From Paraspadella gotoi (taxonomy: Eukaryota > Animalia > Chaetognatha), in NCBI GenBank assembly GCA_051294375.1, contig JBJCIZ010000275.1, positions 28,119 to 92,118 on the forward strand: DNA of 64,000 bases, written 5' to 3'. Below, piece after piece: positions 26,430 to 39,238 of this stretch; the stretch's first letter is position 1; every line of letters starts with the position of its first letter. The notes beneath the pieces are model-generated. The model worked only from the letters and a program-made list of their open reading frames with translations, was not told the origin of the DNA and made no database searches. The position numbers were made by a program, and so were the translations under genes.

Positions 26430-26698
26430 TAGTGATGACGGCCATCTTTTTGACGTCGTCGGGGTTTACGGGAATTTATTGGTAACCTTTTAATAAATCG
26501 ATTTTTGAAAAAATCGTTTTTCCTTCTAGTTGCAAAATAAAATTTGAAAGGAGTTTTACAGGACATTTCTCATCTATGGTATTGGTGTTTAGACGCCTAT
26601 AATCAACAACAACACCATCCTCTGTCGAGTTTTGATACAACGTGGAGAGGTGATGACCACTCGGATTTTCCACGCTTAGCAATCCCCAATGAAACCAT
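26430..26698 (-). pseudogene. Gypsy reverse transcriptase N-terminal fragment (upstream part at 29453-29620, on the other side of the HINE)
   Basis: MVSLGIAKRGKSEWSSPLHVVSK...DYRRLNTNT...KTIFSKIDLLKGYQ*IPVNPDDVKKMAVIT. Confidence 0.88.
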
Positions 26699-28891
26699 TT
26701 TTAGTCGGATCTGCTTATCAGCAGATCCCGACTCTATAACTCACTTTTATAAACTCACTTTTCGGTCCGTCGGTCCGCCCCCTCAATATCGTCGGGCACA
26801 CACTTATATCATGTCAGAACATCGAATTATGATAAATTATGCAAAAAAAAATGATGTCCGTCCGTCCGTCTGTCCGTCCGTCCGTCCGTCCGTCCGTCCG
26901 TCCGTCCGTCCGTCCGTCCGTCCGTCCGTCCCCACCTTACAAAAAACACCAATTACTCGTGATTGGATGGATGGATTAAATGAAATTTTGTGTGTGGATA
27001 GGTAAGTGTGTGATTAGAGCTGGATATTAAGTTTCGATGAATCGTTCCGAGTGGAAATGAGTTTAAATGGAAAAACAAAAAAATATATTCACTATTTGAA
27101 CACCAATTGCTCATGAGTGGATGGGCTGATTGACCTGGAATTTTGTATGTGGGTAGGAAAGTGTGTGATTGAACAGGAAATCAAGTTTCGATGGATAGTT
27201 TGAGTGGAAATGAGTTTAAATGGAAAAAAAAAAAAAACCTGTTTTACTATTGATTATGCTTCTTTTTCCTTTTATATTAAATGTATCTGCAGGATGTATT
27301 AATAAATCAAATAATTAATCAGTTAATTAATCAATTAGTAAATAAATTAATCAATAATTAATTAATTAGTCAATCAATCCGTCCATCCGTCCCATCTTAG
27401 CCAAAAAGCTCCAATAACTCGTGATTGGCTGTGTGGATGGAATTAATTTTGTGTGTGGGTAGGAAGTGTGTGATAAAGCTGGAATAAAATTTCGATGGAA
27501 TCGTGTGAGTGGAAATTAGTTTAATGGAAAAAACATAAGTCGAATTACTAAAATCTTTTTACTTATTTTAACAATAAATATTCCAATTAATCATAATTGG
27601 ATGGATAGATTGAGTTGAAATTTTGTGTGTGGGGTAGGAAAACGTATGACGAAGCTTGATATAAAGTTTCAGTGGAAACGTACCAGTGGAAATGAGTTTA
27701 AATGAAAAAAATATAGGTCACATTTACTTGAATCTTTTATTTATTTTAACCCATGATAGATTTGAGATGAAATTTTGGTGAGCCGGTAGGAAAGTGAGTG
27801 AAGAAGCTAGTATAAAGTTTTGACGGAATGCAAGTTGAAAAAATTATGCAAGTTGAAAAAATGATGCAAGTTAAAAAAATTTAAAAGCATAAGGATCGTC
27901 GCTATTGCATAAAAGAGAGAGAGAGAGAGAGAAAGAGAGAGTGAGAGAGAGAGAGAGAGAGTGAGAGAGAAAGAGAGAGAGTGAGAGAGAGAAGAGACAG
28001 GAGACATAAAATAAAAAAATCTTAAAAAGACTCAGATCGAGCCAGAGCCACTATCATAGAAAAATTAATGAAAAAACCCGGGAAAAAAACGAATGAATCA
28101 TGCGATAACGAATTGTTGATGTACTAGTAATTGATTGAGGTAATACTAATGATTGATGTATATAGTAATTATTGATAATAGGAATTGATTATTGATTCGA
28201 TGATAATCAATTATTGATGCGATGATAGTCATTCACTGCTGTGATGATAGTCATTCAGTGATGCGATATTGTCATTCATTGATTCGATGATTGTCATTCA
28301 TTGATGCGATGGATAGTCAATAAACAAACAAATGCGTGTATGAGTGAAAGAGAGAGAGAGACGAGAGAGAGAGAGAAAGAGAGAGAGAGAAGAAAGAGAG
28401 AGAGAGAGAAAGAGAGAGAGACGAGAGAGAGATAGAAAGAAAGAGAATAAATCCACGAAAAATCTCGGATGAAAATATGGAATTTTGTATTGAAAAAAAG
28501 CGCGGAATAAATGGCAATAATAAAAAGTTTTTAGAAGGAAAAAAATAATCAGAATTTTTCAAAAAACAAACGATCACGCAAAAGATCGGACAGATAGGAC
28601 AGACACACACAGAGAGACAGAGAGACAGAGAGAGAGAGAGAAAAGAGAGAGAGACAGCCGCTGCAGAGAAAAAGAGAAAGAGAAGGCGATATATAATAAT
28701 TAAAAGAGAGAGAGAGAGAGAAGCTCTACAGCCCCTTTACTCGTTAAAGAATCAGCAGTACTTATGGCGCCGCACGCTAGCGTGAGCTATTCTCTACCCA
28801 AAGGACCGGTTCGCGCCCTGTTCGCGGCATCGTTTTTTACATTAGATGAAACCCACATTATATTTAAAAATTTTTTAAAAAAAAGAGAGAG

Positions 28892-28922
<31 letters not shown>

Positions 28923-29452
28923 CTGGACAGACGCTGCAGAGCGAACTCGTTTTAGAAGAAAGCAGTGACGGAGAAAAAGAGAGAGAGAGAGAGACGACAT
29001 ATAATTAAAATTTTTGTTTTGAAATAAAACATAACAAATACCAATATTGATATGAAACATGAGAATTTTAAAGATCTTGATGATTAGAAGCCATATATGA
29101 AATTCAACTCCCTATGATATCACACTTTCAGAAGCCATGATTGCAAAAAGCGAGACCGAAAGCGATAAACCGAAAAAAATCTAGACAGGACGGGCTTTGC
29201 CCGCTGGCTGATAATAGAGGATATTTGTTTGTTTTGATAAAATGTAAACAAAACATTTAATAACTGTCCTGACTCAATTTTAAGGAATCGATGATGACAA
29301 GCTGAATATAAATTATAATTAATCTATTAATTAATTAATTAGTTAATTAATCTATTAATTAATTAATTAATCTATTAATTAATTAATTAATTAATCAATT
29401 AATTAATTAATTATCGTAGGCAGATCCGACATTGTTTGCTCAAAACTTGTTT
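26699..29452 (+). mobile_element. Full-length HINE/DINE-1-like element, copy B (about 2.75 kb)
   Basis: 5' hairpin subTIR, (GTCC)n at 26855-26930, internal tandem subrepeats and (GA)n tracts. 3' subTIR GCAGATCCGAC, then a GTTTG-CT-CAAA(A)C stem-loop and TTT. Inserted into a T-run with no distinct TSD. Confidence 0.85.
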
Positions 29453-32101
29453 CTAGTTCACGTTTAGCGATAGCAAGCTTTTCTGCGTCGAGTCGGCGTG
29501 CTCTTGACTGACAGGGTCGACCTTCTGTCGGAATTGAAATGAGTTACACCATGTTTTGGTTACTTTTAGTTCGAACGTTGACGTCGAGAGGGATGAAAAT
29601 TATTTAAGGAGTTTATAGAATTTTTCTCATTTTGATCTACAAATTACATGAGTTGATTCCTCTGATGCCGTCGACGCAGCGATTGTGGAGTAGTCGTGCA
29701 AATCGGAGTAGTAAATCATCACAGTGATTTGGCACAAAAAGTTTTCAGCTAAAAAGTCAATGCCAAGGATGTGTTGCCTTACCATCAGCCACAACGAACT
29801 CGTAATGAAATTTTTGATTCCCTAACTTTACAGTTGATTTCCCATTACATGCGATTGGCGAGGCGTGGCGCCTGGAGCTTGATCTCCGGGCAGGGCCCTG
29901 TTGATGCTGTTGTTGAGTCGGCAGGACGATTGAGAGTAGGGATCCTCCATCTACTAGCCATTTGTTGATCGCTGGCGTCGTGGATGAAGAGCAAATCGTT
30001 TTGTCGCTGGTGATCGGTTTGATGCTTGGGGGACCGGCGTTCACCATTGGCGTCCCCCTCTGTCATTTCCCTTGTGCTTGCGTTGAGTCTTATCAAACTT
30101 AGCACCAGCCCGGCTCGCAAAACCAGCTTTTGCCGAACTTGATTTGCTTGTGGCATAGCGTTTTAAGCTTTGGCTTTGGTTTAGCTTTTTGTCCTTGACT
30201 TGACTTCTTCTTTCCCTTAAAACTTCTTTTGGTTTGACATTGACGGCGTTGATGCCAACTTGTCATCCGATTCGGATTTGTGTCACCTTTGTGACCCTGT
30301 TTGACGTGGTTTACGAGAGATGACGTTTGTCGAATTATAGGATTTCCCTCGTTGTCGAAATGTCGATCAGTGATTTCACCAAGCTTGCTCGCCGACAACT
30401 TGTCGGCTTTGTCTTTCAGGTAGAGCGTATTTCAGCCCGGCAGCTCCTGAAGAACCTTCTTTTTGCACACTCATCGAGAGTTGTCGAGTAATTTTGACGG
30501 TTTCAATTCATCGAGTCTGTTGGTGCCGGGTGAGCCCATACTCTTTTGTCAGATAACTGAAAAAGAGTTCCATGTCGCTTCTGTTGTTTCTCCATAGAGG
30601 AACTGATTAATCTTAGGATCAAGCTTCACGCTTATTTTAGATTCTAAGTGGCGAATTTTGTTTTTGGAGCGACGATGCCGGCATGAGTAAGCAGCTCGAT
30701 TCGTTTATCCAGATTTCAATGTTTGACAAATGGATATTTGGCAAGTCTGTCTTCTGGTTTGGTGCTCGCTCTAGAGCCCGCGTGGCGGCGGCGAGAGCGT
30801 CGCGGAGCTCGTCGTTCTTGTCCTGGAGTTCTTGTTAAGTGCCACCGCCCGTAGCCTGACGACGTCTGCAAAGTTCTCGCTGTTAGCTCGTAGAAAACTG
30901 AACGATGGGGCGGTGTCGGCGACTCCTAGGACCTGCAGAGCTGCTGTTGTGTAATGTTGTTCCTCCTAGCTACGCTGGGCCGAGCGAAGGCATGAGCGTA
31001 GGTCGGAATCGCTCATTGAAGCAATTGTTGTCCTTAGTTGGCCTTCACTGGTGTTTTAAGACCCCACAGTAGCTCGAAAGTGTTTGAGTTGTGTTTATCT
31101 CCCCTTGAATGTTGGTTTGGTTCAACGTCGTGGTTCACCACGTGTGGCGCAGTCCAGAGTTGCGTGACAGCGGTGACGAAAAGCCGTGATAATGTCGTGA
31201 CTGAGTTCCAAGCGCGTGACAGATTATAACAAGTTAATAAGAAGTATCGCAGCACAAAAGAATATTGTTTCTTTTTGAGTTGATTTGTTTTCAATTGAGA
31301 AGAATTATTGAAGATCAAATTAAAACCTTTTTTCTAGTAAATATTGTAGAGTTTTACATTTTTAGAATAAAACATTGTTGAAAAATATTGATAATATTTA
31401 TATTTATTTCGAGATAAAAACAAGACTGATTCATCAAGGTTTACAATCAATACTGAAAAACAATCAGAAGAGGAGAAATTTGTTTTTGGCAGCCAGACAT
31501 CTTCTGTTGAACAGTTAAAACAAAAAGCTTCAAATCTTGAATTAAAGCTTAAATACTTTTCCCTGATCCAGTGTCCGCAAATTTCACCAAAATCAACTAA
31601 TTCACTTTAACATGATGGTATCATATTAGAATAACTAAATAAATGTAAAGAAACATTTTGAGAGACCTTCGGACACTTTGCCAGAATTTAACGCCATTTG
31701 TGAAACCGGAACATATCTCAAATACGTTTATATGTCATGAAGGGAAAAAATCCCTCTCATTTCTATGTTGCATCTCTAGCTACTGAACTCTGACTGAGCT
31801 GTCAAGATGAATAAAAGGTTTGAATAAATTTCATTTCTATTTACAACATTTAAGCAATTTTGTGTGTGGAGAGGAACTGAACTCCTTATCTCTTGCTTTC
31901 CCTTTTTATATCTTTCAAGGACCCCCTTGAAGATATGCGCAACCGGATCTTTGGATTTCACTGGGATTGTGAAATCCAAGCCGCCTTTTCTCAGGTGGGT
32001 GGGAAAACCACAAACATCTTCCCTGAATTCTATTTTTTAACTTTTATCCCCCCACGATTTCTTTCGACCATTTAGTTATCAAGGATCAAAGATCGTGATG
32101 C

Positions 32102-32380
32102 TGTAGTCGGGCATTGCCTAGGTTCACCCCGCCTATAAGCATGACACCTTCAGTCCTGACCCGGTGGCTCATGGAGTCAAGCCATCAGCTCATGACCACT
32201 AGGTACCGGGTTCAATCGACCCGCGTACCTACCTGTGGAAGCGTGAGGACGGCCGTAAGCCGCCTTGGGGGCGTGGCAACCCTCAAGCCTGGTTCCAAGC
32301 CCAGGACACGTTCCTATGGCTACTAAGGGGTTATAGAAGTTCGGATAGTCATCTTCAGCCCACTTAGCGCCTTATCCACA
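32102..32380 (+). mobile_element. Solo LTR (inner, family 2) with tRNA-like head and twister ribozyme, 4-bp TSD ATGC; duplicate at 37262-37546
   Basis: Termini TGTAG...TCCACA with ATGC flanks (37258-37261, 37547-37550). A-box-like TGGCTCATGGAG, CTCATGA loop, B-box GGTTCAATCC. Confidence 0.82.
32232..32319 (+). ncRNA. Twister ribozyme, type-P5 permutation (family 2)
   Basis: AAGC-GT-GA-GGA-CGGCCG-TAA-GCC-GC; P3 CTTGGGGG/CCCTCAAG; P4 CCTGG/CCAGG with loop TTCCAAGC; T1 TCC:GGA. Confidence 0.75.
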
Positions 32381-35300
32381 ATGTACATCTATATAAAATC
32401 AAGATGAAAATTTGTTTGTACAGAAGCAGTCTATTTGTTCTGGCTTGTTTGATATCAGATGTGATGATTTGACAAGAGAAAAAAAAATGCGAGCCCTTCA
32501 GATGCAACAGGATCGGAATCAAGTGTTTTAACACATCTGATGAAGACTGCAACCAACTTACAGCCTGACATATCAAGCATCATCTTTGCAATGTGTTTCC
32601 CTGAATAGCCATTATCCCTAATCCCCTATCAGCATTTTAACAATATTAATACCAATCACCCTTCTCTTGTCCTATATCACCCTTTAATTAGATACCTCAT
32701 AGGAGAGCTAATTTTAATTCATTTTTTTATATATTTTATGCCAGTCCCGTAGGATGATGTCAATATTCACTTGCAAAAACGTTTTAAAATTCTACAATGT
32801 TCCGAGATTGTCATAAACGTCAGCCTTAAAGGTAAAATTTAAATCAGAATAAAATTTTGAGTTTCTCTAAAGATTTTCTGACGCGCTAATACTAAACCTA
32901 TTTGAAAAAAATAGAAAAACATTTTGCTGATTTTCTTCAAGCATTTAACAATAAATGAGTTATGCGATGGTACACTGAAAGTGATGTCTCAGATGACGAA
33001 AAAAATTTCTTCAGTTTTATAATTAAAATTTAAGTATTTGTACAATAAAATATAAGTAAGATACTCCCGCTTAGCCGAAACTTTAATTAACAAAAATTTG
33101 TACGCGTAGTTCAAATCTTTAGTCTTTGATGGTAAAAACAAGTGAGCAAACATGTCGGATCTGCCTACAACAATTAAGCGTATCTGCTAATCAGATGATA
33201 ATCAAATATTTTTTTAAATTTTTTTAACTCGCAGCACTTTTTAACTGCATCATTTTTCAACTCGCATAATTTTTTCCATGCACATAATTTTTTCAACTCA
33301 TCATTTTTCAATTACATCATTTTAAACAATTCGCATCATTTTTTTTAACTTGCATCATTTTTCAACTTGCTATGATTTTTTCAACTTGCATTATTTCTTC
33401 AACTTGCATTATTTCTCAACTTGGCATAATTTTTTCAACTTGCATAATTTTTTCACTTGCATAATTTTTCACTTGCATAATTTTTTCAACTTGCATTAAT
33501 TTTTTCAACTTGCATATTTTTTCAACTTGCATAATTTTTCAACTTGCATACTTTTCACTTGCATATTTTTTCAACTTGCATAATTTTTTAAACTTGCATA
33601 ATTTTTTCAACTTGCACAATTTTTTTAAATTGTATCATTTTTTCAAATTAATTAATTAAAACATTTATTAGGTATCATAAATAAAAAAATATTCAAGTAA
33701 ATGTGACTTATGACATATCTTGGAAACTNNNNNNNNNNNNNNNNNNNNNNNNNTAGAAAGAGAAAGAGCGATATATAATAATTAAAAAGAGAGAGAGAGA
33801 GAAAGCTCTACAGCCCCTTTACTCGTTAAAGAATCAGCAGTACTTATGGCGCCGCACGTAGCGTGAGCTATTCTCTACCCAAAGGACCGGTGTTCGCGCC
33901 CTGTTCGCGGCATCGTTTTTTACATTAGTGAACCCACATTATATCTAAAAATTTTTTGTAAAAAAAAAGAGAGAGGAGAGAGAGAGAGAGAGAGAGAGAG
34001 AAAGAAGCTGGACAGACGCTGCAGAGCCGGAACTCGTTTTTAGAAGAAGCAGTGACGAGAAAAAGAGAGAGAGAGAGAGACGACATATAATTAAACGTTT
34101 TTGTTTTGAAATAAAACTAAACAAATACCAATATTGATATATGAAACATGAGAATTTTAAAGATCTTGATGATTAGAAGCCATATATGAAATTCAACTCC
34201 CTATGATATCACACTTTCAGAAGCCATGATTGCAAAAAGCGAGACCGAAAGCGATAAACCGAAAAAAATCTAGACAGGACGGGCTTTGCCGCCTGGCTGA
34301 TAATAGAGGATATTTGTTTGTTTTGATAAAATGTAAACAAAACATTTAATAACTGTCCTGACTCAATTTTAAGGAAATCGATGATGACAAGCTGAATATA
34401 AATTATAATTAATCTATTAATTAATTAATTAGTTAATTAATCTATTAATTAATTAATTAATCTATTAATTAATTAATTAATTAATAATTAATAATTAATT
34501 ATCGTAGGCAGATCCGACATTGTTTGCTCAAACTTGTTTCTAGTTCACGTTTAGCGATAGCAAGCTTTTCTGCGTCGAGTCGGCGTGCTCTTGACTGACA
34601 GGGTCGACCTTCTGTCGGAATTGAATGAGTTACACCATGTTTTGGTTCTTTTAGTTCGAACGTTGACGTCGAGAGGGATGAAAATTATTTAAGGAGTTTA
34701 TAGAATTTTTCTCCATTTTGATCTACAAAATTAACATGAGTTGATTCCTCTGATGCCGTCGACGCAGCGATTGTGGAGTAGTCGTGCAAATCGAGTAGTA
34801 AATCATCACAGTGATTTGGCACCAAAAAGTTTTCAGCTAAAAAGTCAATGCCAAGGATGTGTTGCCTACCATCAGCCACAACGAACTCGTAATGAAATTT
34901 TTGATTCCCTAACTTTACAGTTGATTTTCCCATTACATGCGATTGGCGAGGCGTTGGCCGCCTGGAGCTTGATCTCCGGGTCAGGGCCCTGTTGATGCTG
35001 TTGTTGAGTCGGCAGGACGATTGAGAGTAGGGATCCTCCATCTACTAGCCATTTGGTTTGATCGCTGGCGTCGTGGATGAAGAGCAAATCGTTTTGTCGC
35101 TGGTGATCGGTTTGATGCTTGGGGGACGGCGTTCACCATTGGCGTCCCCCTCTGTCATTTCCCTTGTGCTTGCGTTGAGTCTTATCAAACTTAGCACAGC
35201 CCGGCTCGCAAAACCAAGCGTCTTTGCCGAACTTGATTTGCTTGTGGCATAGCGTTTTAAGCTTTGGCTTTGGTTTAGCTTTTTGTCCTTGACTTGACTT

Positions 35301-38300
35301 CTTCTTTCCCTTAAAACTTCTTTTTGGTTTGACATTGACGGCGTTGATGCCAACTTTGTCATCCGATTCGGATTTGTGTCACCCTTTGTGACCCTGTTTG
35401 ACGTGGTTTACGAGAGATGACGTTTGTCGAATTATAGGATTTCCCTCGTTGTCGAAATGTCGATCAGTGATTTCACCAAGCTTGCTCGCCGACAACTTGT
35501 CGGCTTTGTCTTCAGGTTAGAGCGTATTTCAGCCAGCAGCTCCTGAAGAACCTTCTTTTTGCACACGTCATCGAGAGTTGTGCGAGTAAATTGTTACGGT
35601 TCTCAATTCATCGAGTCTGTTGGGTGCCGGGTGAGCCCATTACTCTTTTGTCAGATAACTGAAAAAGGGTTCCATGTCGTTCTGTTGTTTCTCCATAGAG
35701 GAACTGATTAATCTTAGGATCAAGCTTCACGCTTATTTTAGGATTCTAAAGTGTGCGAATTTTGTTTTTGGAGCGACGATGCCGGCATGAGTATAAGCAG
35801 CTCGATTCGATTTATCCAGATTTCACTGTTTGACAAATGGATATTTCTGGCAAGTCTGGTCTTCTGGTTTGGTGCTCGCTCTAGAGCCCGCGTGGCAGGC
35901 GGGCGAGAGCGTCGCGGAGCTCGCGTTCTTTTGTCCTGAGTTCTTGTTAAGTGGCCACCGCCCGTAGCCTGACGACGTCTGCAAAGTTCTCGCTGTTAGC
36001 TCGTAGAAAACCTGAACGATGGGGGGTGTCGGCGACTCCTAGGACCGCAGAGTGCTTGTTGTGTAATGTTGTTCCTCCTTAGCTACGCTGGGCCGAGCGA
36101 GAAGGCATGAGCTAGGTCGGAAATCGCCTCATCTGAAAGCAATTGTTGTCCTTAGTTGCCTTCACTGGTGTTTTAAACCCCGACAGTAGCTCGAAAAGTG
36201 TTTGAGTTTGTGTTTATCTTCCCCTTGAAATGGTTGGTTTGGATTCAATCGTCGTGGTTCAACCTACGTGTGGCGGCAGGTCCAGAGTTGCGTGACAGCG
36301 TGAACGAAAGCTCGCTGAAAGTGATTATGCTCTGTGACTGAGTCCAAGCGGTGGACAGATTTAACAAGCTTAATAAGAAGTTTATCGCAAGCCACAAAAG
36401 AATATTGTTTTCTTTGAGTTGAAATTGTTTTCTCAAATTGAGAAGAATTTATTGAAGATTCAAATAATAACCTTTTCTTAGTAATATTTGTAAGTCATTT
36501 TACATTTTTAAAATTAAAACATGTTGAAAAATACTTGATAAATATTTATATTTATTTCGAGAATGAAAAACAAGCTGATTCATCAAGGTTACATATCAAT
36601 ACTGAAAAACAATCAGAAGAGGAGAAATTTGTTTTTGGCAGCCAGACATCTTCTGTTGAACAGTTAAAACAAAAGGCTTCAAATCTTGAATTAAAGCTTT
36701 AAATACTTTTCCCTGATCCAGTGTCCGCAAATTTCACCAAAATCAACTAATTCACTTTAACATGATGGTATCATATTAGAATAACTAAATAAAATGTAAA
36801 GAAACATTTTGAGAGACCTTCGGACACTTTGCCAGAATTTAACGCCATTTGTGAAACCGGAACATATCTCAAATACGTTTATATTGTCATGAAGGGAAAA
36901 AATCCCTCTCATTTCTATGTTGCATCTCTAGCTACTGAACTCTGACTGAGGCTGTCCAAGATGAATAAAAGGTTTGAATAAATTTCATTTCTATTTACAA
37001 CAAATTTAAGCAATTTTGTGTGGAGAGGAACTGAACTCCCTTATCTCTTGCTTTCCCTTTTTATATCTTTCAAGGACCCCCTTGAAGATATTGCGCAACC
37101 GGATCTTTGGATTTCACTGGGATTGTGAAATCCAAAGCCGGCCTTTTCTCAAGGTGGGTGGGAAAACCACAAACATCTTCCCTGAATTCTATTTTTAACT
37201 TTTATACCCCCCACGATTTCCTTTCGACCATTTAGTTATCAAGGATCAAAGATCGTGATGCTGTAGTCGGGCATTGCCTAGGTTCACCCCGCCTATAAGC
37301 ATGACACCTTCAGTCCTGACCCGGTGGCTCATGGAGTCAAGCCATCAGCTCATGACCACTAGGTACCGGGTTCAATCCCAACCCGGTACCTACCCTGTGG
37401 GAAGCGTGAGGACGGCCGTAAGCCGCCTTGGGGGCGTGGCAAGCCCTCAAGCCTGGTTCCAAGCCCAGGACACGTTCCATGGCTACTAAAGGGGGTTATA
37501 GAAGTTACGGATAGTCATCTTCAGCCCACTTAGCGCCTTATCCACAATGCTACATCTATATAAAATCAAAGATGGAAAATTTGTTTGTACAGAAGCAGTC
37601 TATTTGTTCTGGCTTGTTTGATATCAAGATGTTGATGATTTGACAAGAGAAAAAAAATGCGAGCCCTTCAGATGCAACAGGATCGGAATCAAGTGTTTTT
37701 ACACATCTGATGAAGACTCGCAACCAACTTACAGCCTGACATAAATCAGCATCATCTTTGCAATGTGTTTCCTGAATAGCCATTATCCCTAATCCCCTAT
37801 CAGCATTTAACAAATTTAATAGCCAATCACCCTTCCTCTGTCCTATATCACCCTTTAATTAGATACCTCATAGGAGAGCTAATTTTAATTCATTTTTTTA
37901 TATATTTTTATGCCAGTCCCCGTAGGATGATGTCAATATTCACTTGCAAAAAACCGTTTTAAAATTCCTACAATAGTTTCCGAGATATGGTCATAAACGT
38001 CAGCCTTAAAAGGTAAAATTTATCAGAATAAAATTTTTGAGTTTCTCTAAAGATTTCTGACGCGCTAATACTAACTATTTGAAAAAAATAGAAAACATTT
38101 TGCTGATTTCTTCAAGCATTTACAATAAATGAGTTATGCGATGGGTACAACTGAAAGTGATGTCTCAAGATGACGAAAAAAATTTTCTTCAAGTTTTATA
38201 TTAAAATTTAAGTATTGTACCAATAAAATTAAGTAAGATACTCCCGCTTAGCCGAAACTTTTAATTAACAAAAATTTGTACTGCGTAGTTCAAATCTTTA

Positions 38301-38313
38301 GTTCTTTAATGGT

Positions 38314-38868
38314 AAAACAAGTTTGAGCAAACAATGTCGGATCTGCCTACAACAATTAAGCGGTAATCTGCTAATCAGATGATAAATCACAATATTTTTT
38401 TAAATTTTTTTTAACTCGCATCACTTTTTTAACTCGCATCATTTTTTCAACTCGCATAATTTTTTCCATGCACATAATTTTTTCAACTCATCATTTTTTC
38501 AATTTACATCATTTTAACAATTCGCATCATTTTTTTTAACTTGCATCATTTTTTCAACTTGCATGATTTTTTCAACTTGCATTATTTCTTCAACTTGCAT
38601 TATTTCTTCAACTTGCATAATTTTTTCAACTTGCATAATTTTTTCAACTTGCATAATTTTTTCAACTTGCATAATTTTTTCAACTTGCATAATTTTTTCA
38701 ACTTGCATACTTTTTTCAACTTGCATATTTTTTTCAACTTGCATAATTTTTTAAACTTGCATAATTTTTTCAACTTGCACAATTTTTTTAAATTGTATCA
38801 TTTTTTCAAATTAATTAATTAAAACATTTATTAGTAATCATAAATAAAAAATATTCAAGTAAATGTGA
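38314..38868 (-). mobile_element. 5'-truncated HINE (3' subTIR, stem-loop and expanded 18-bp satellite); duplicate at 33135-33710
   Basis: AAAACAAGTTTGAGCAAACAATGTCGGATCTGCC is the reverse complement of the HINE 3' end. Confidence 0.75.
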
Positions 38869-39238
38869 CTTATGACCATATCTTGGAAACTATTGTAGGA
38901 ATTTTAAAATGGGTTTTTGCAAGTGAATATTAATTTAACATCATCCTCCAGGGACTGGCATAAAAATATATAAAAAAATTAATTAAAATTAGCTCTCTTA
39001 TGAGGTATCTACTTATACTCTCTGATACTCATTGTCTACATTTAGGTACAAATCGTGTTCTCATACGTTAAATATTAAAAAATGCATAATTATTATTAAT
39101 AAATCAATTATCAAATGATTTCATACATTAAAAATAATATGAAATTATTATTTATTTAAATATAAGCAAATAAATAAATTATAAATTAATAAAATTAGTA
39201 CTGTTTTAAATACAAACAAAATTAAACATTAAACTTTA

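Larger units (their letters stand above)
25300..31200 (-). mobile_element. Decayed CsRn1-clade Gypsy retrotransposon (gag-PR-partial RT-partial IN), split by a HINE; artefactual duplicate of its 5' part at 34540-36350
   Basis: CHCC gag (about 30045-31150); protease KWLVDGGS...ILGIDFL (about 29700-29990); RT RRLDAEKLAIAKRELE|KMVSLGIAKRGKSEWSSPLH..DYRRLN..FSKIDLLKGYQ; integrase TDRG..HHP*ANGLVERFH..LVPPYECPYKV. No flanking LTRs recognised. Confidence 0.9.
31766..32387. mobile_element. Solo LTR (outer) with 4-bp TSD TCTA; duplicate at 36918-37554
   Basis: Termini TGTTGCA...TGCTACA with TCTA on both sides. Empty site present in the paralogue near 11730. Confidence 0.8.
28675..38890. repeat. Apparent direct tandem duplication (28675-33728 and 33754-38890), probably an assembly artefact
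   Basis: Near-identical colinear copies that differ by indels, joined by an exactly 25-N gap (33729-33753). Confidence 0.85.

Noticed and set aside
38514-38822. (MQVEKI)n repeat protein or CRISPR-like array
   Set aside because: A head-to-tail 18-bp satellite with no spacers, open in several frames by chance.
28675-38890. 5-kb tandem duplication as biology
   Set aside because: Same 25-N junction and indel-type differences; counted as one locus.
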